Of a stretch of 60,447 bases of DNA, positions 27,922 through 35,865 are shown piece by piece (within the stretch, counting starts at the first letter, position 1; every line of letters begins with the position of its first letter). The position numbers and the translations under genes are program-made. The DNA is taken from positions 1-60,447 of the forward strand of contig CALRGR010000005.1 in assembly GCA_943357985.1 (NCBI GenBank), in the 5' to 3' direction. This DNA is from Candidatus Levybacteria bacterium GW2011_GWA1_37_16 (lineage in GTDB: Bacteria > Patescibacteriota > Microgenomatia > Levybacterales > UBA12049). Under the pieces are notes generated by a model. The model saw only the letters and a program-made list of their open reading frames with translations, did no database searches and was not told where the DNA came from.

Positions 27922-28047
27922 TTCGAATCGGTGGTTGCTAGTTCGCCAAACTTGTCTGCGCTTCGCTTCGCAAGTGAACTCGGCTTCGCCTCCGTTCCTC
28001 GGCGAGATTTATTCTGTATCCAGAACTCGCTATCTTAGGATTAATTC

Positions 28048-28076
28048 ATTCTACATTGAAGTGTGTTTATTGTCAA
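28048..28076 (-). promoter_or_regulatory. Candidate sigma-70-type promoter for rplJL
   Basis: The minus strand has TTGACA (28076-28071), a 17-nt spacer, then TAGAAT (28053-28048). This would give a leader of roughly 150 nt. Confidence 0.5.
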
Positions 28077-28086
28077 CCTCTAAAAA

Positions 28087-28095
28087 TGGTATAAT
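28087..28095 (+). promoter_or_regulatory. Extended -10 element TGGTATAAT for the glycosyltransferase gene
   Basis: TGnTATAAT lies 13 nt before ATG 28109. Confidence 0.45.
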
Positions 28096-28108
28096 TTTAG
28101 TTCGTGCT

Positions 28109-29464
28109 ATGAATCCAAAAGAATCAAGAACTAGAGTTATGATAGTGTCTCCAAATCTGTTAGGTGGCGGGCCTAATGGAGTTGCAGATTTTATTACAGG
28201 GATAACTCCTCATCTTAGAAGCGAGGGAGCTTTTGTTAGATTGGTGGCGCCTGCTAAGAAGATATTTTCCTTACCTGAAAGCACAGACGCTCATTATACA
28301 TTGGGACAAACAGTTGCCTTGTCTCATGATGGCACAAGGCATCAGGCTGCAGTCACTACTAATAACAAGAGGGCAAAAAATCTTCTGCTTCATTTAAGAC
28401 CCGATTTGGTTGTTTTCCACCAGCCGTTGGAGGGGAATTTGGCTCATGCCCTTATGTCTGCTGCCCCAAAAAGAGAAGATGGTCGTCGGTTGCCCGCATT
28501 AATTGGACATTTTCACGCAAATGCAGAAAATTTGGATCCTAAAACAAGAATAGCTTTAGAAATAGGAAAATACATAAGGCGACCTAGACTTGGTAGGTTT
28601 GGAGTTCCATACGGAATGACTCCTGGAGTAATAGGTACAGTAATGGGAGAACTTAATGGAAGAATTGCTGTTTCAAATGCAACGGCAAGGTTCTGGGAAG
28701 GAATATATGAGCAAGAGCAGAAATACGAGGTTATATACAATGGAATTGACACGGAAGAATTAACTCCAGAAGGTCCAAAAATAGAAGCATGGGATGATGG
28801 TAAGAAAACAATTCTCTTTGCGGGCAGGCATGATCCCAGAAAAGGAATAGAGTATCTTTTGGAGGCATATGGATTATTAAGGTTAGGTAGAAATGATATA
28901 AAGTTAAAAATTACAGGAGAAGGTCAGGAGACTGAAGCTTTGAAAAAGATGGTACAGGCTAGGGGATTGCAAGATGTAGAATTTTTAGGAAATTTGCCTC
29001 GTACGGAATTAGTAAAAGCGTATAGGACGGCAGATGTTTTTGTTTCTCCTGCAACAGGAGGAGAGGGGTCTGGTAGAACTAATCCTGAAGCTCTTGCGTG
29101 CGGAACACCAGTAGTTGGAAGTGATATAGATGGTTTTAGGGAAATTATTGGTTCAGATGCAACGGGCGGGAGAGGATTTGCAAGCACAACAATTCCTAAA
29201 GATCCACATGATTTGGCAAGTAAGATAGGAATAATGTTGAATTTGCCTGAGTTGGAAAGAGAAAGACTTAGTAGGGAAGCAGTATCTTATGTCAGAAGCA
29301 ATTTTTCCTGGCCAAGCATAGCTAGGCAAACAATTAATTATTATAATCAGGTTTTAATAGAACATGGAAGACCAAATCTTGAAGATTGGCCGCAAAGAAA
29401 TAGAAAAGAAAAAAGCAGTGGAGTTTTGGCACGATCTGGAGTTTTATTTAGAAGATTTATTTAA
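28109..29464 (+). CDS. GT4-family (GT-B) glycosyltransferase
   Basis: Start trimmed to ATG 28109 (MNPKESRTRVMIVSPNLLGGG...), because the ORF-track N-terminus crosses the rplJ leader and promoter. Contains GRHDPRKGIEYLLEAY and EGSGRTNPEALACGTPVVGSDIDGFRE (EX7E-type region). Confidence 0.8.
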   Translation: MNPKESRTRVMIVSPNLLGGGPNGVADFITGITPHLRSEGAFVRLVAPAKKIFSLPESTDAHYTLGQTVALSHDGTRHQAAVTTNNKRAKNLLLHLRPDLVVFHQPLEGNLAHALMSAAPKREDGRRLPALIGHFHANAENLDPKTRIALEIGKYIRRPRLGRFGVPYGMTPGVIGTVMGELNGRIAVSNATARFWEGIYEQEQKYEVIYNGIDTEELTPEGPKIEAWDDGKKTILFAGRHDPRKGIEYLLEAYGLLRLGRNDIKLKITGEGQETEALKKMVQARGLQDVEFLGNLPRTELVKAYRTADVFVSPATGGEGSGRTNPEALACGTPVVGSDIDGFREIIGSDATGGRGFASTTIPKDPHDLASKIGIMLNLPELERERLSREAVSYVRSNFSWPSIARQTINYYNQVLIEHGRPNLEDWPQRNRKEKSSGVLARSGVLFRRFI

Positions 29465-29466
29465 GC

Positions 29467-30270
29467 TTAAGCTACGTTTATTTTTACACCTTGGCTCATT
29501 GTGGATTTAATTGTTGCTGCCTGAATATTTGTAGCTTTTATTAAATCAATAACTGCTTTAATGTTGTCATTTAATTTTTCTTTTCCGAATGAAATTTTTC
29601 CTACAGAAAGGTGAATAATTGGAAATTTGCCTTCTGTTTTTATAGTAAGCTGTCCTTTTTCAAACTCTTTTGCCGCACTTTCCGGATTTTTTGATATTGT
29701 TCCGTTTTTTGGATTTGGCATAAGTCCACGTGGTCCCAAAACTTTTGCAACACGTGCCAATTTTGTCATCATTTCAGGTTCTGCAAGCAAAATATCAAAA
29801 TTAATTTTCCCTTTTTCAATTTCTGCAATAATTTCATCGTTCGCGATTGCAACTTTAACTTGCTTTCCTGTTCCGTGGGGGAGCATGAGATTTCCAAATT
29901 GTCCTGTTCTTGTAGTATTTATGTGAAGCTCTACGGTTTCGTCAAACTTTGATCTTTTTAATTTCTCCAAAAGATCCAAGGCTTCGGCAATTTTATATTT
30001 GTTTTTTTTGTCAACCAAACTTGCGGTTGCTATGTAGCTTTTTGAGCGTTTTTTCTCTACGGCTTTTACCTTTTTTACCATTTTCTTTTCGGCTTTGGGA
30101 GTTTCTTCAGATGTAGTTTGTTCAGTTGCTATGTCTTCTGATGCATTTTGTGCAAGTTCTTCGCCCTGAGCTTGTCGAAGAGTTTTCTGCTCGCGCTTAA
30201 CGTTTTTCTTTTTTTGATCTTCTTGCTCGGAAACTTCGTCTCCGAATGATTTAATTCTTACTTTTCCCAT
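29467..30270 (-). CDS. rplA: 50S ribosomal protein L1 with a ~70-aa acidic/basic N-terminal extension
   Basis: The core reads KFDETVELHINT...MLPHGTGK...VLGPRGLMPNPKNGT. ATG 30270 sits 1 nt from the rplK stop. The extension contains the element-like TLRQAQGEEL. Alternative internal start: MVKKVKAVEKKRSKSY. Confidence 0.88.
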   Translation of the reverse strand: MGKVRIKSFGDEVSEQEDQKKKNVKREQKTLRQAQGEELAQNASEDIATEQTTSEETPKAEKKMVKKVKAVEKKRSKSYIATASLVDKKNKYKIAEALDLLEKLKRSKFDETVELHINTTRTGQFGNLMLPHGTGKQVKVAIANDEIIAEIEKGKINFDILLAEPEMMTKLARVAKVLGPRGLMPNPKNGTISKNPESAAKEFEKGQLTIKTEGKFPIIHLSVGKISFGKEKLNDNIKAVIDLIKATNIQAATIKSTMSQGVKINVA

Positions 30271-30271
30271 A

Positions 30272-30694
30272 TTATTCCACCTTTATTCCCATGCTTCTTG
30301 CTGTTCCTGCAACTATTTTTACTGCGACTTCTATATCTGTTGTATTTAAATCTTCCATCTTTGCTTCTGCAATTTCTCTGGCTTGTGTCATTGTGAGTGT
30401 TCCTGCGCTTTCTTTGCCTGGTTTCATAGAACCTTTTTCAATATGCATTGTTTTTTTAATCATTTCTGCAACCGGAGGTTTTTTGATGATAAAAGAAAAA
30501 GTTCTATCTTCATAAACCGTAATAACTGCAGGAATAACAGTGCCTTTCATCTCGGCAGTTCTCTCATTAAAAGCCTTAACAAACTCCATAATAGGGAGTC
30601 CGTGCGGTCCAAGTGCTGTTCCAACAGGTGGAGCAGGGGTGGCCTCACCGCCTTTTATATTAATCTTTATGAGTGTTTTGATTTTTTTAGCCAT
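30272..30694 (-). CDS. rplK: 50S ribosomal protein L11
   Basis: IKINIKGGEATPAPPVGTALGPHGLPIMEFVKAFNE. Confidence 0.96.
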   Translation of the reverse strand: MAKKIKTLIKINIKGGEATPAPPVGTALGPHGLPIMEFVKAFNERTAEMKGTVIPAVITVYEDRTFSFIIKKPPVAEMIKKTMHIEKGSMKPGKESAGTLTMTQAREIAEAKMEDLNTTDIEVAVKIVAGTARSMGIKVE

Positions 30695-30741
30695 AATGTT
30701 TATTATCCTTCGACTTGCTTCGCTTACTCAGGATGGCCTCG

Positions 30742-31323
30742 CTAAAGCTTGGCCACCTGTAAAAAGTCTAGCTCAACTGGTGTTTCGCGTCCAAAAATAG
30801 AAACCAGGACTCTGATTTTGCCTTTTGCTTCATCAATATCATCAATTGTTCCTAGGAAATCTGCAAACGGTCCATCAATAATCTTAACGGCCTCGCCTTT
30901 AACAAAAGCTGCCTTATAAAGAGGCTCTTTCATATTCATAAAGGCCTGAATTGCTTCAACTTCTTTGTCTGAAATTGGAGTTGGTTTATTTCCGGCTCCA
31001 ATAAAAGAGGTAACTCCGGATGTAGTTCTGACCAAAAGCCAGGACTCATCATCCAAAATCATCTTAACTAATATATATCCCGGAAAAATTTTCTCTTGTA
31101 CAGTCTCTTTTTTGCCCTGGGAAACTTTGATTGTGTCACGCATTGGGATCATAACATCAAAAATTCTGTCTTCAAATCCCATTGCTTCCACTCTTTGCTT
31201 AAGAGATTTTGCAACTTTTCCTTCATGCCCGGCATAAGTGTGAACTATATACCACTTGCCACTATCACTAGCTTTTCCGACCGCTTCAGTCTGTTTTTCT
31301 TCGATTGATGTTTGCGTATCCAT
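30742..31323 (-). CDS. nusG: Transcription termination/antitermination factor NusG
   Basis: NGN domain WYIVHTYAGHEGKVAKSLKQRV. KOW motif GEAVKIIDGPFADFLGTIDDIDEAKGKIRVLVSIFGRETPVELDF. Confidence 0.93.
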   Translation of the reverse strand: MDTQTSIEEKQTEAVGKASDSGKWYIVHTYAGHEGKVAKSLKQRVEAMGFEDRIFDVMIPMRDTIKVSQGKKETVQEKIFPGYILVKMILDDESWLLVRTTSGVTSFIGAGNKPTPISDKEVEAIQAFMNMKEPLYKAAFVKGEAVKIIDGPFADFLGTIDDIDEAKGKIRVLVSIFGRETPVELDFLQVAKL

Positions 31324-31425
31324 AAGTTAAATTTCTAATTTCTAATTTCTAATCAAATCTAAATGTTTTAAATTAAAATATTAAAAATTGAATAAAAATT
31401 AAGAATTAAAAATTGTAAATTACTT
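31324..31425 (+). repeat. Dispersed AT-rich intergenic repeat, copy B (lacks the GC hairpin; contains AATTTCT x3)
   Basis: Aligns with copies A and C on both sides. The junction ttctaa|tcaaat is exactly where A and C carry cctgcctcgcggcaaggcggg. Confidence 0.85.
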
Positions 31426-31605
31426 TATTACTACCGATAATAATTTTGTTAAGATAAAGTCTATTCCTCCTATGTAAACGCCTACAAGCGCACTTACCAA
31501 AATAACTACTATTGTAAGCCTAACTACCTCTGTTCTTGCTGGCCAGACAACTTTTTTTAGTTCATCGTGAGTTTCACGCAAAAAACTTACAGGTGTCGTA
31601 GCCAT
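31420..31605 (-). CDS. secE: Preprotein translocase subunit SecE
   Basis: MATTPVSFLRETHDELKKVVWPARTEVVRLTIVVILVSALVGVYIGG.... The start was trimmed to the second Met. It sits upstream of nusG. Confidence 0.85.
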   Translation of the reverse strand: MATTPVSFLRETHDELKKVVWPARTEVVRLTIVVILVSALVGVYIGGIDFILTKLLSVVIK

Positions 31606-31666
31606 AAACGATATATTACCAAATCTGGGTTGACATGTAAAGAACAAAAAGGGTAAACTTTAAATT

Positions 31667-32545
31667 ATGAATAAAATTCGTAAAGCCGTAATACCCGCTG
31701 CCGGATTTGGAACCAGATTTCTTCCTCAAACAAAAGCAATGCCTAAAGAAATGCTTCCGATAGTTGATAAGCCAGTTATTCAATATGTTGTTGAAGAAGT
31801 TGTTGCATCAGGAATTAAAGATATAATTGTTGTAACGGGAGCTAACAAAAGAGCTATTGAGGACCACTTTGATACACCAAATGAAGATCTGGTGCAAAAT
31901 CTTCTTGCAGGGGACAAACAAAAACTTCTTGATGCAATTAGAGACCTTGCAGAAATGGCTAATTTTATTTATGTTCGCCAAAAGGGTGCTTACGGAAACG
32001 GAACGCCGGTACTTTCTGCTGAGCCTGTAATAGAAAATGAACCTTTTGCTGTTATTTGGGGAGATGAGTTTATTTATTCAGAGCCGCCAAGGTTAAAGCA
32101 AATGATTGATGTGCATGAGAAATACGGAGGAGTTGTAATCTCAGGAGTAAAAATTGAAAACAAAGCTGACTTAAGCAGGTATGGAATTGCAGATATTTCG
32201 CCTGTTGAGGGAAATGTCTATAAAATTAATGCAATTGTAGAAAAGCCTAAGCCTGAAGATGCACCTTCAAATCTTGCAACCCATGGTGCTTACATTTTGC
32301 CGCCTGATATATTCCCTGCCCTAAAGAATTTAAAACCCGGAAGGGGTGGGGAAATATGGTTGACCGACGCAATAAATCTACTAAGGGAGCAGGGAGTTCC
32401 AATTTACGCGGTTGAAATTGAAAACGGAAAATACTACGACACGGGGAATAAGATTGAATATATGAAAACAGTTGTAGAACTTGCGTTAAAACATCCGGAA
32501 ATAAATGGCGAATTTAGAGAATTCCTCAAAGGGTTAGAGCTTTAA
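31667..32545 (+). CDS. galU: UTP--glucose-1-phosphate uridylyltransferase
   Basis: KAVIPAAGFGTRFLPQTKAMPKEMLPIVDKPVIQYVVEE and VEKPKPEDAPSNLATHGAYIL. Confidence 0.92.
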   Translation: MNKIRKAVIPAAGFGTRFLPQTKAMPKEMLPIVDKPVIQYVVEEVVASGIKDIIVVTGANKRAIEDHFDTPNEDLVQNLLAGDKQKLLDAIRDLAEMANFIYVRQKGAYGNGTPVLSAEPVIENEPFAVIWGDEFIYSEPPRLKQMIDVHEKYGGVVISGVKIENKADLSRYGIADISPVEGNVYKINAIVEKPKPEDAPSNLATHGAYILPPDIFPALKNLKPGRGGEIWLTDAINLLREQGVPIYAVEIENGKYYDTGNKIEYMKTVVELALKHPEINGEFREFLKGLEL

Positions 32546-32659
32546 TTTCTAATTTCTAACCTGCCTCGCGGCAAGGCGGGTCAAATTCAAATGTTTAAAC
32601 ATTTAGAAATTAAAACATTAAAAATTCATTAAAAATTGAAAATTAAGAATTTTAAATTT
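32546..32659 (+). repeat. Dispersed AT-rich intergenic repeat, copy C (with GC hairpin 32560-32580)
   Basis: Sequence: taatttctaatttctaa-cctgcctcgcggcaaggcggg-tcaaattcaaatgttt...aaaattgaaaattaagaatt. Confidence 0.85.
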
Positions 32660-33286
32660 ATGAGAAATAAAATCTATTTAATATTACTCGGGACTTTTAT
32701 TTTCATAGCGTTTGTCCTTTTTTCCTATCTTGTGCACAAAGACCTTTTTCTTTATTTTGATTTTGACACTACAGTCAGAATACAAGACAAAATGCCGCGC
32801 AGGTTTGATGAATTACTCTCCTCGTTATCTTTATTTGGAAGTTTTGAGATAACTACGGTAATACTTTTGGCGCTTTTAGTTGTTACGCGTAAATTAAAAA
32901 GTATCTTGGTAATGGGGGGTTATGTCGCTTTTCATATTTTTGAGCTTTATGGAAAAATATTCGTAAATCATCCCGGCCCTCCATATCTTTTTTTCCGCTA
33001 TGATATTCCGTTTATGTTTCCAAGTTCTTATGTCCAGCCCGGATCATCTTATCCTTCCGGCCATTCAGGGCGTACTGCCTTTATTTCTGTAATTTTGATG
33101 TTCTTGGTTGGGCGGTCAAAGCGGTTAAAACCGATGCACAAGGTTATAGTTTGGAGTATTATTTTATCTTTTGATATAGCCATGTTTGTAAGCAGAGTTT
33201 ATCTTGGAGAACATTGGATATCTGATGTAATTGGGGGAGCGCTGCTTGGACTGGCTCTTGCAATTGCCTCATTAATCTTTTTTTAG
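32660..33286 (+). CDS. PAP2-family membrane phosphatase
   Basis: Start trimmed to ATG 32660, because the TTG at 32636 lies inside the repeat. Contains motifs YPSGHSGRT and SRVYLGEHWISDVIGG. Confidence 0.8.
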   Translation: MRNKIYLILLGTFIFIAFVLFSYLVHKDLFLYFDFDTTVRIQDKMPRRFDELLSSLSLFGSFEITTVILLALLVVTRKLKSILVMGGYVAFHIFELYGKIFVNHPGPPYLFFRYDIPFMFPSSYVQPGSSYPSGHSGRTAFISVILMFLVGRSKRLKPMHKVIVWSIILSFDIAMFVSRVYLGEHWISDVIGGALLGLALAIASLIFF

Positions 33287-33300
33287 TATACTCTCCACCT

Positions 33301-33741
33301 ATGACAGCAGAAAACCAGGCGGAAAAGCGGGGGACAATAGAGTTTCCTAATCTTAGGGTGGGAAGAATAGATCTTTATGTCTCTGATTTAGATGCGGAAG
33401 TTATAGGAAGGGATGGGAAAATACTAAAGCCTTCTAATTTATCAGAGCCTAACATTCAAGAAAAAATAAGAAATCTTTTGGAATCACCACAATACAAAGG
33501 TTTTGTTGAGGGAATAGAATCGGGAGAAAAGATGGCCTTTGCTGCATTCAAAGCACATAGAATATTATCTATTTTTGTAATTTCCGTGGGTGTAACTGCT
33601 GCTGTGGCGGCTTATGAATTTGGAATAAGACATGGAGAAGATGTTAGGAAGGTTATAAATATTTTTAAACCTAAAGAAGAGACAAAGCCAACAAATGCAG
33701 ATATATTAGTAGTAATCGGAAAAGATTTAGTGGGTAAATAA
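33301..33741 (+). CDS. Hypothetical protein with one TM segment
   Basis: 146-aa ORF. Hydrophobic stretch ILSIFVISVGVTAAVAAY. TATACT lies 8 nt before the ATG. Confidence 0.5.
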   Translation: MTAENQAEKRGTIEFPNLRVGRIDLYVSDLDAEVIGRDGKILKPSNLSEPNIQEKIRNLLESPQYKGFVEGIESGEKMAFAAFKAHRILSIFVISVGVTAAVAAYEFGIRHGEDVRKVINIFKPKEETKPTNADILVVIGKDLVGK

Positions 33742-33752
33742 TTCCTCAGCTC

Positions 33753-33781
33753 TTGACAATAAATTCTAGTTTTGCAATACT
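33753..33781 (+). promoter_or_regulatory. Candidate promoter in the long spacer upstream of the tRNA cluster
   Basis: TTGACA (33753-33758), a 17-nt spacer, then AATACT (33776-33781). Confidence 0.35.
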
Positions 33782-34058
33782 TTAACTAGCTCTTTGGTAT
33801 TAGAGAAAGTTGGATGCTTTTTCTCTACAATTTCACAGAATTTGAGGTAAGTCTGCCACGGCGGATGACAGAGCAAATTGTTTTTGACTGTGGTCAAAAA
33901 CGCGAGCTCACCTAATTTACAAATCTGGGAAAATACCAACTAAATTATCGGTACCAAAGTGCGAATTTATCTCTCCGCCGGCTGGCGGATATCCCCGGGT
34001 CTGTGAATAGGTCTTTCCTACGAAGCTCACTTCTGATAAAATAATCAAGTCATTTCAT

Positions 34059-34130
34059 GCCGACATAGCTCAGTGGTAGAGCAACACTTTTGTAAAGTGA
34101 AGATCGGGGGTTCAAATCCCTCTGTCGGCT
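34059..34130 (+). tRNA. tRNA-Thr (anticodon UGU)
   Basis: GCCGACA TA GCTC AGTGGTA GAGC A ACACT TTTGTAA AGTGA AGATC GGGGG TTCAAAT CCCTC TGTCGGC T. Confidence 0.85.
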
Positions 34131-34149
34131 CATAAAAGAATCAAGACAA

Positions 34150-34233
34150 GCTGGATTCGCATAGTGGCAATTGCACCTGACTGTAGATCAGGTGGCCGTA
34201 AGGCCTACGGGGGTTCGAGTCCCTCATCCAGCA
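34150..34233 (+). tRNA. tRNA-Tyr (anticodon GUA, long variable arm)
   Basis: GCTGGAT...CCTGA CTGTAGA TCAGG TGGCCGTAAGGCCTAC GGGGG TTCGAGT CCCTC ATCCAGC A. Confidence 0.88.
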
Positions 34234-34256
34234 CACAAATGACTTCAATTTGGCGA

Positions 34257-34328
34257 GCCTCGGTGGCTCAGTGGTAGAGCAAGTCATTGGTAATGACTAG
34301 ATCGTGGGTTCGATTCCCACTCGAGGCT
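34257..34328 (+). tRNA. tRNA-Thr (anticodon GGU)
   Basis: GCCTCGG TG GCTC AGTGGTA GAGC A AGTCA TTGGTAA TGACT AGATC GTGGG TTCGATT CCCAC TCGAGGC T. Confidence 0.88.
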
Positions 34329-34359
34329 CATGATATAATAGCGGAAGGAGGTTAAAGAT

Positions 34360-34536
34360 ATGGCAAAAAAAGGTGATCATAGAATAACAGTTGGGCTTAC
34401 TTGCGCTGTTTGTAAAAACAGGAATTATGTAACACAACGAAATAAAATTAATACAGAGGCAAAACTTTTGCTTTCTAAATTCTGCGCTACTTGCAGGAAA
34501 AAGACAGAGCACCGTGAGACAGAGAAGTTAAAATAA
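34360..34536 (+). CDS. rpmG: 50S ribosomal protein L33
   Basis: Not in the ORF track because it is only 58 aa: MAKKGDHRITVGLTCAVCKNRNYVTQRNKINTEAKLLLSKFCATCRKKTEHRETEKLK. GGAAGGAGG lies 8 nt upstream. Confidence 0.92.
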   Translation: MAKKGDHRITVGLTCAVCKNRNYVTQRNKINTEAKLLLSKFCATCRKKTEHRETEKLK

Positions 34537-34803
34537 AAGTCACATGCCGAAACAGCTAGGCGATAGAAAATAGAGAGTAGAAAGTAGTACTTTGAAAATA
34601 GAAACTGGAAGGTAGATTTTTTCTAGCTTCTATCTTCCAACATCCAATACTATCTTCAATCATCTATCATCTACCGTCTATTAATTAGGCCAATAGTTAA
34701 ATGGAGCGGACGAGTGAAACGAGGAGCTCGCCATGCAAGCGAAGCCAAGTCTGACTTGGCGAAGCGCAGACAGGCGTGGGAAGGAGTCTCTCCACCGACA
34801 CAA

Positions 34804-34877
34804 AGGGTTGTGGTGAAATGGTATCACGGCAGTCTCCAAAACTGCTTTTCTCAGTTCGAATCTGAGCAACCCTGCCA
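34804..34877 (+). tRNA. tRNA-Trp (anticodon CCA) with encoded 3' CCA
   Basis: AGGGTTG TG GTGA AATGGTA TCAC G GCAGT CTCCAAA ACTGC TTTT CTCAG TTCGAAT CTGAG CAACCCT G CCA. The ORFs at 34681-34945 overlapping it are spurious. Confidence 0.9.
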
Positions 34878-34939
34878 CTGTTATGACCTAGTTTGTCCTT
34901 TTGAAAAAGGTAAGTTATTACCGCCATAATAAGTATCCT

Positions 34940-35280
34940 ATGCAAAAAACAGACTTAGATCAAATCGGAAAACTAGTCCGTAAAATTGTCAGAGAAGAAG
35001 TTGAAACAGAAGTAAAAGATTAAACCCGGACAATAGAAAGTCAGATAAGACTGTCCCGTATGCAAGTTCAAAATGAAATAAATGAACTTGATGGCCGAAT
35101 GAAAAATGTGGAAGTGAGTGTTAATGGTGTGGCTAAAGATGTCAAAGATGTTAGAAAGAGAGCCGGAAAAATAGAAAAAAAACGGTTGATATAATTGCTA
35201 GAAATTATGATGAAGGAGATGTTGTGCTTGCAATAAGAGTAAAAAGAATTGAAGCTCACCTCAGCCTTCCCCAAATTTAA
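34940..35280 (+). pseudogene. Decayed small coiled-coil protein gene (in-frame TAA plus frameshift in an A8 run)
   Basis: MQKTDLDQIGKLVRKIVREEVETEVKD-TAA(35021-35023)-TRTIESQIRLSRMQVQNEINELDGRMKNVEVSVNGVAKDVKDVRKRAGKIEKK. The frame then shifts at A8 (35175-35182) to TVDIIARNYDEGDVVLAIRVKRIEAHLSLPQI. Confidence 0.5.
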
Positions 35281-35353
35281 CACTAGATTCCATCTTCTAT
35301 CTTCAAAACGCTATCTTCTATACGCTGAATTTATGGCGCTAATTCCTTCCAGA

Positions 35354-35769
35354 CGTAGCTTGGGTGCTTTATAAACTCCGGAGCGTTAAGCACAAAAGAC
35401 GGAATTTCTAAATTAATGAAGCAAATAACTAATGCCTACACGATATATTTTAACGAAAAATATGATAGGGTGGGCGGTTTGGTTCAGGGGAGATTCAAGG
35501 CTGTAAGAATAGAAAAAGAAGATGTTCTTTTGCATGTTTCAAGATATATTCATCTTAATCCGGTAGTTTCTGGAATAGTTTCTAATACAAAATACTATAA
35601 GTGGTCAAGTTACAGTTTTTACTTGGGTAGGGGAGGTTCTCTTTCTTGTTCTACTGATGACGTATTATCTAGGTTTTCTAAAATCGGAGATTATGAAAAA
35701 TTTGTTTTGGATCAAAAAGATTATGCTTTGAAACTTGAAAAATTAAAACACCTTATCCTGGAGGACTAA
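35354..35769 (+). pseudogene. 5'-truncated REP-associated tyrosine transposase (RayT / IS200-like Y1 transposase) fragment
   Basis: ...LSTKDGISKLMKQITNAYTIYFNEKYDRVGGLVQGRFKAVRIEKEDVLLHVSRYIHLNPVVSGIV..YKWSSYSFYLG matches the C-terminal half of COG1943-type transposases. The HUH-containing N-terminal half is missing, and a TAG lies in frame at about 35353. Confidence 0.6.
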
Positions 35770-35865
35770 TTTAGGGGTTGAACCCCTAAAAGAAAGGTAA
35801 AGGAGTTTTGGGAGTTTCGAGCTTTGTAATTTTTTTTCATGGTCATCGGCTGTTTCCCGAATTGC

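Noticed and set aside
27935-28108. 58-codon N-terminal extension of the glycosyltransferase ORF (TTG start).
   Set aside because: It crosses the rplJ leader, the promoter region and GC-rich repeat sequence. An ATG with an extended -10 box 13 nt upstream (28109) begins the conserved GT4 fold.
33742-34058. Considered RNase P RNA, tmRNA, SRP RNA or 6S RNA for the ORF-free spacer.
   Set aside because: I could not find the diagnostic motifs. These would be GAGGAAAGUCCGGGC/ACAGAACCCGGCUUA for RNase P, a tRNA-like 3' end and tag ORF for tmRNA, or GGAAGCAGCC-type helix 8 for SRP. The region is left as an unassigned structured spacer.
34681-34945. Three overlapping ORFs (65, 82 and 71 aa) on both strands.
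   Set aside because: They overlap tRNA-Trp and a palindromic repeat and have no coding signature.
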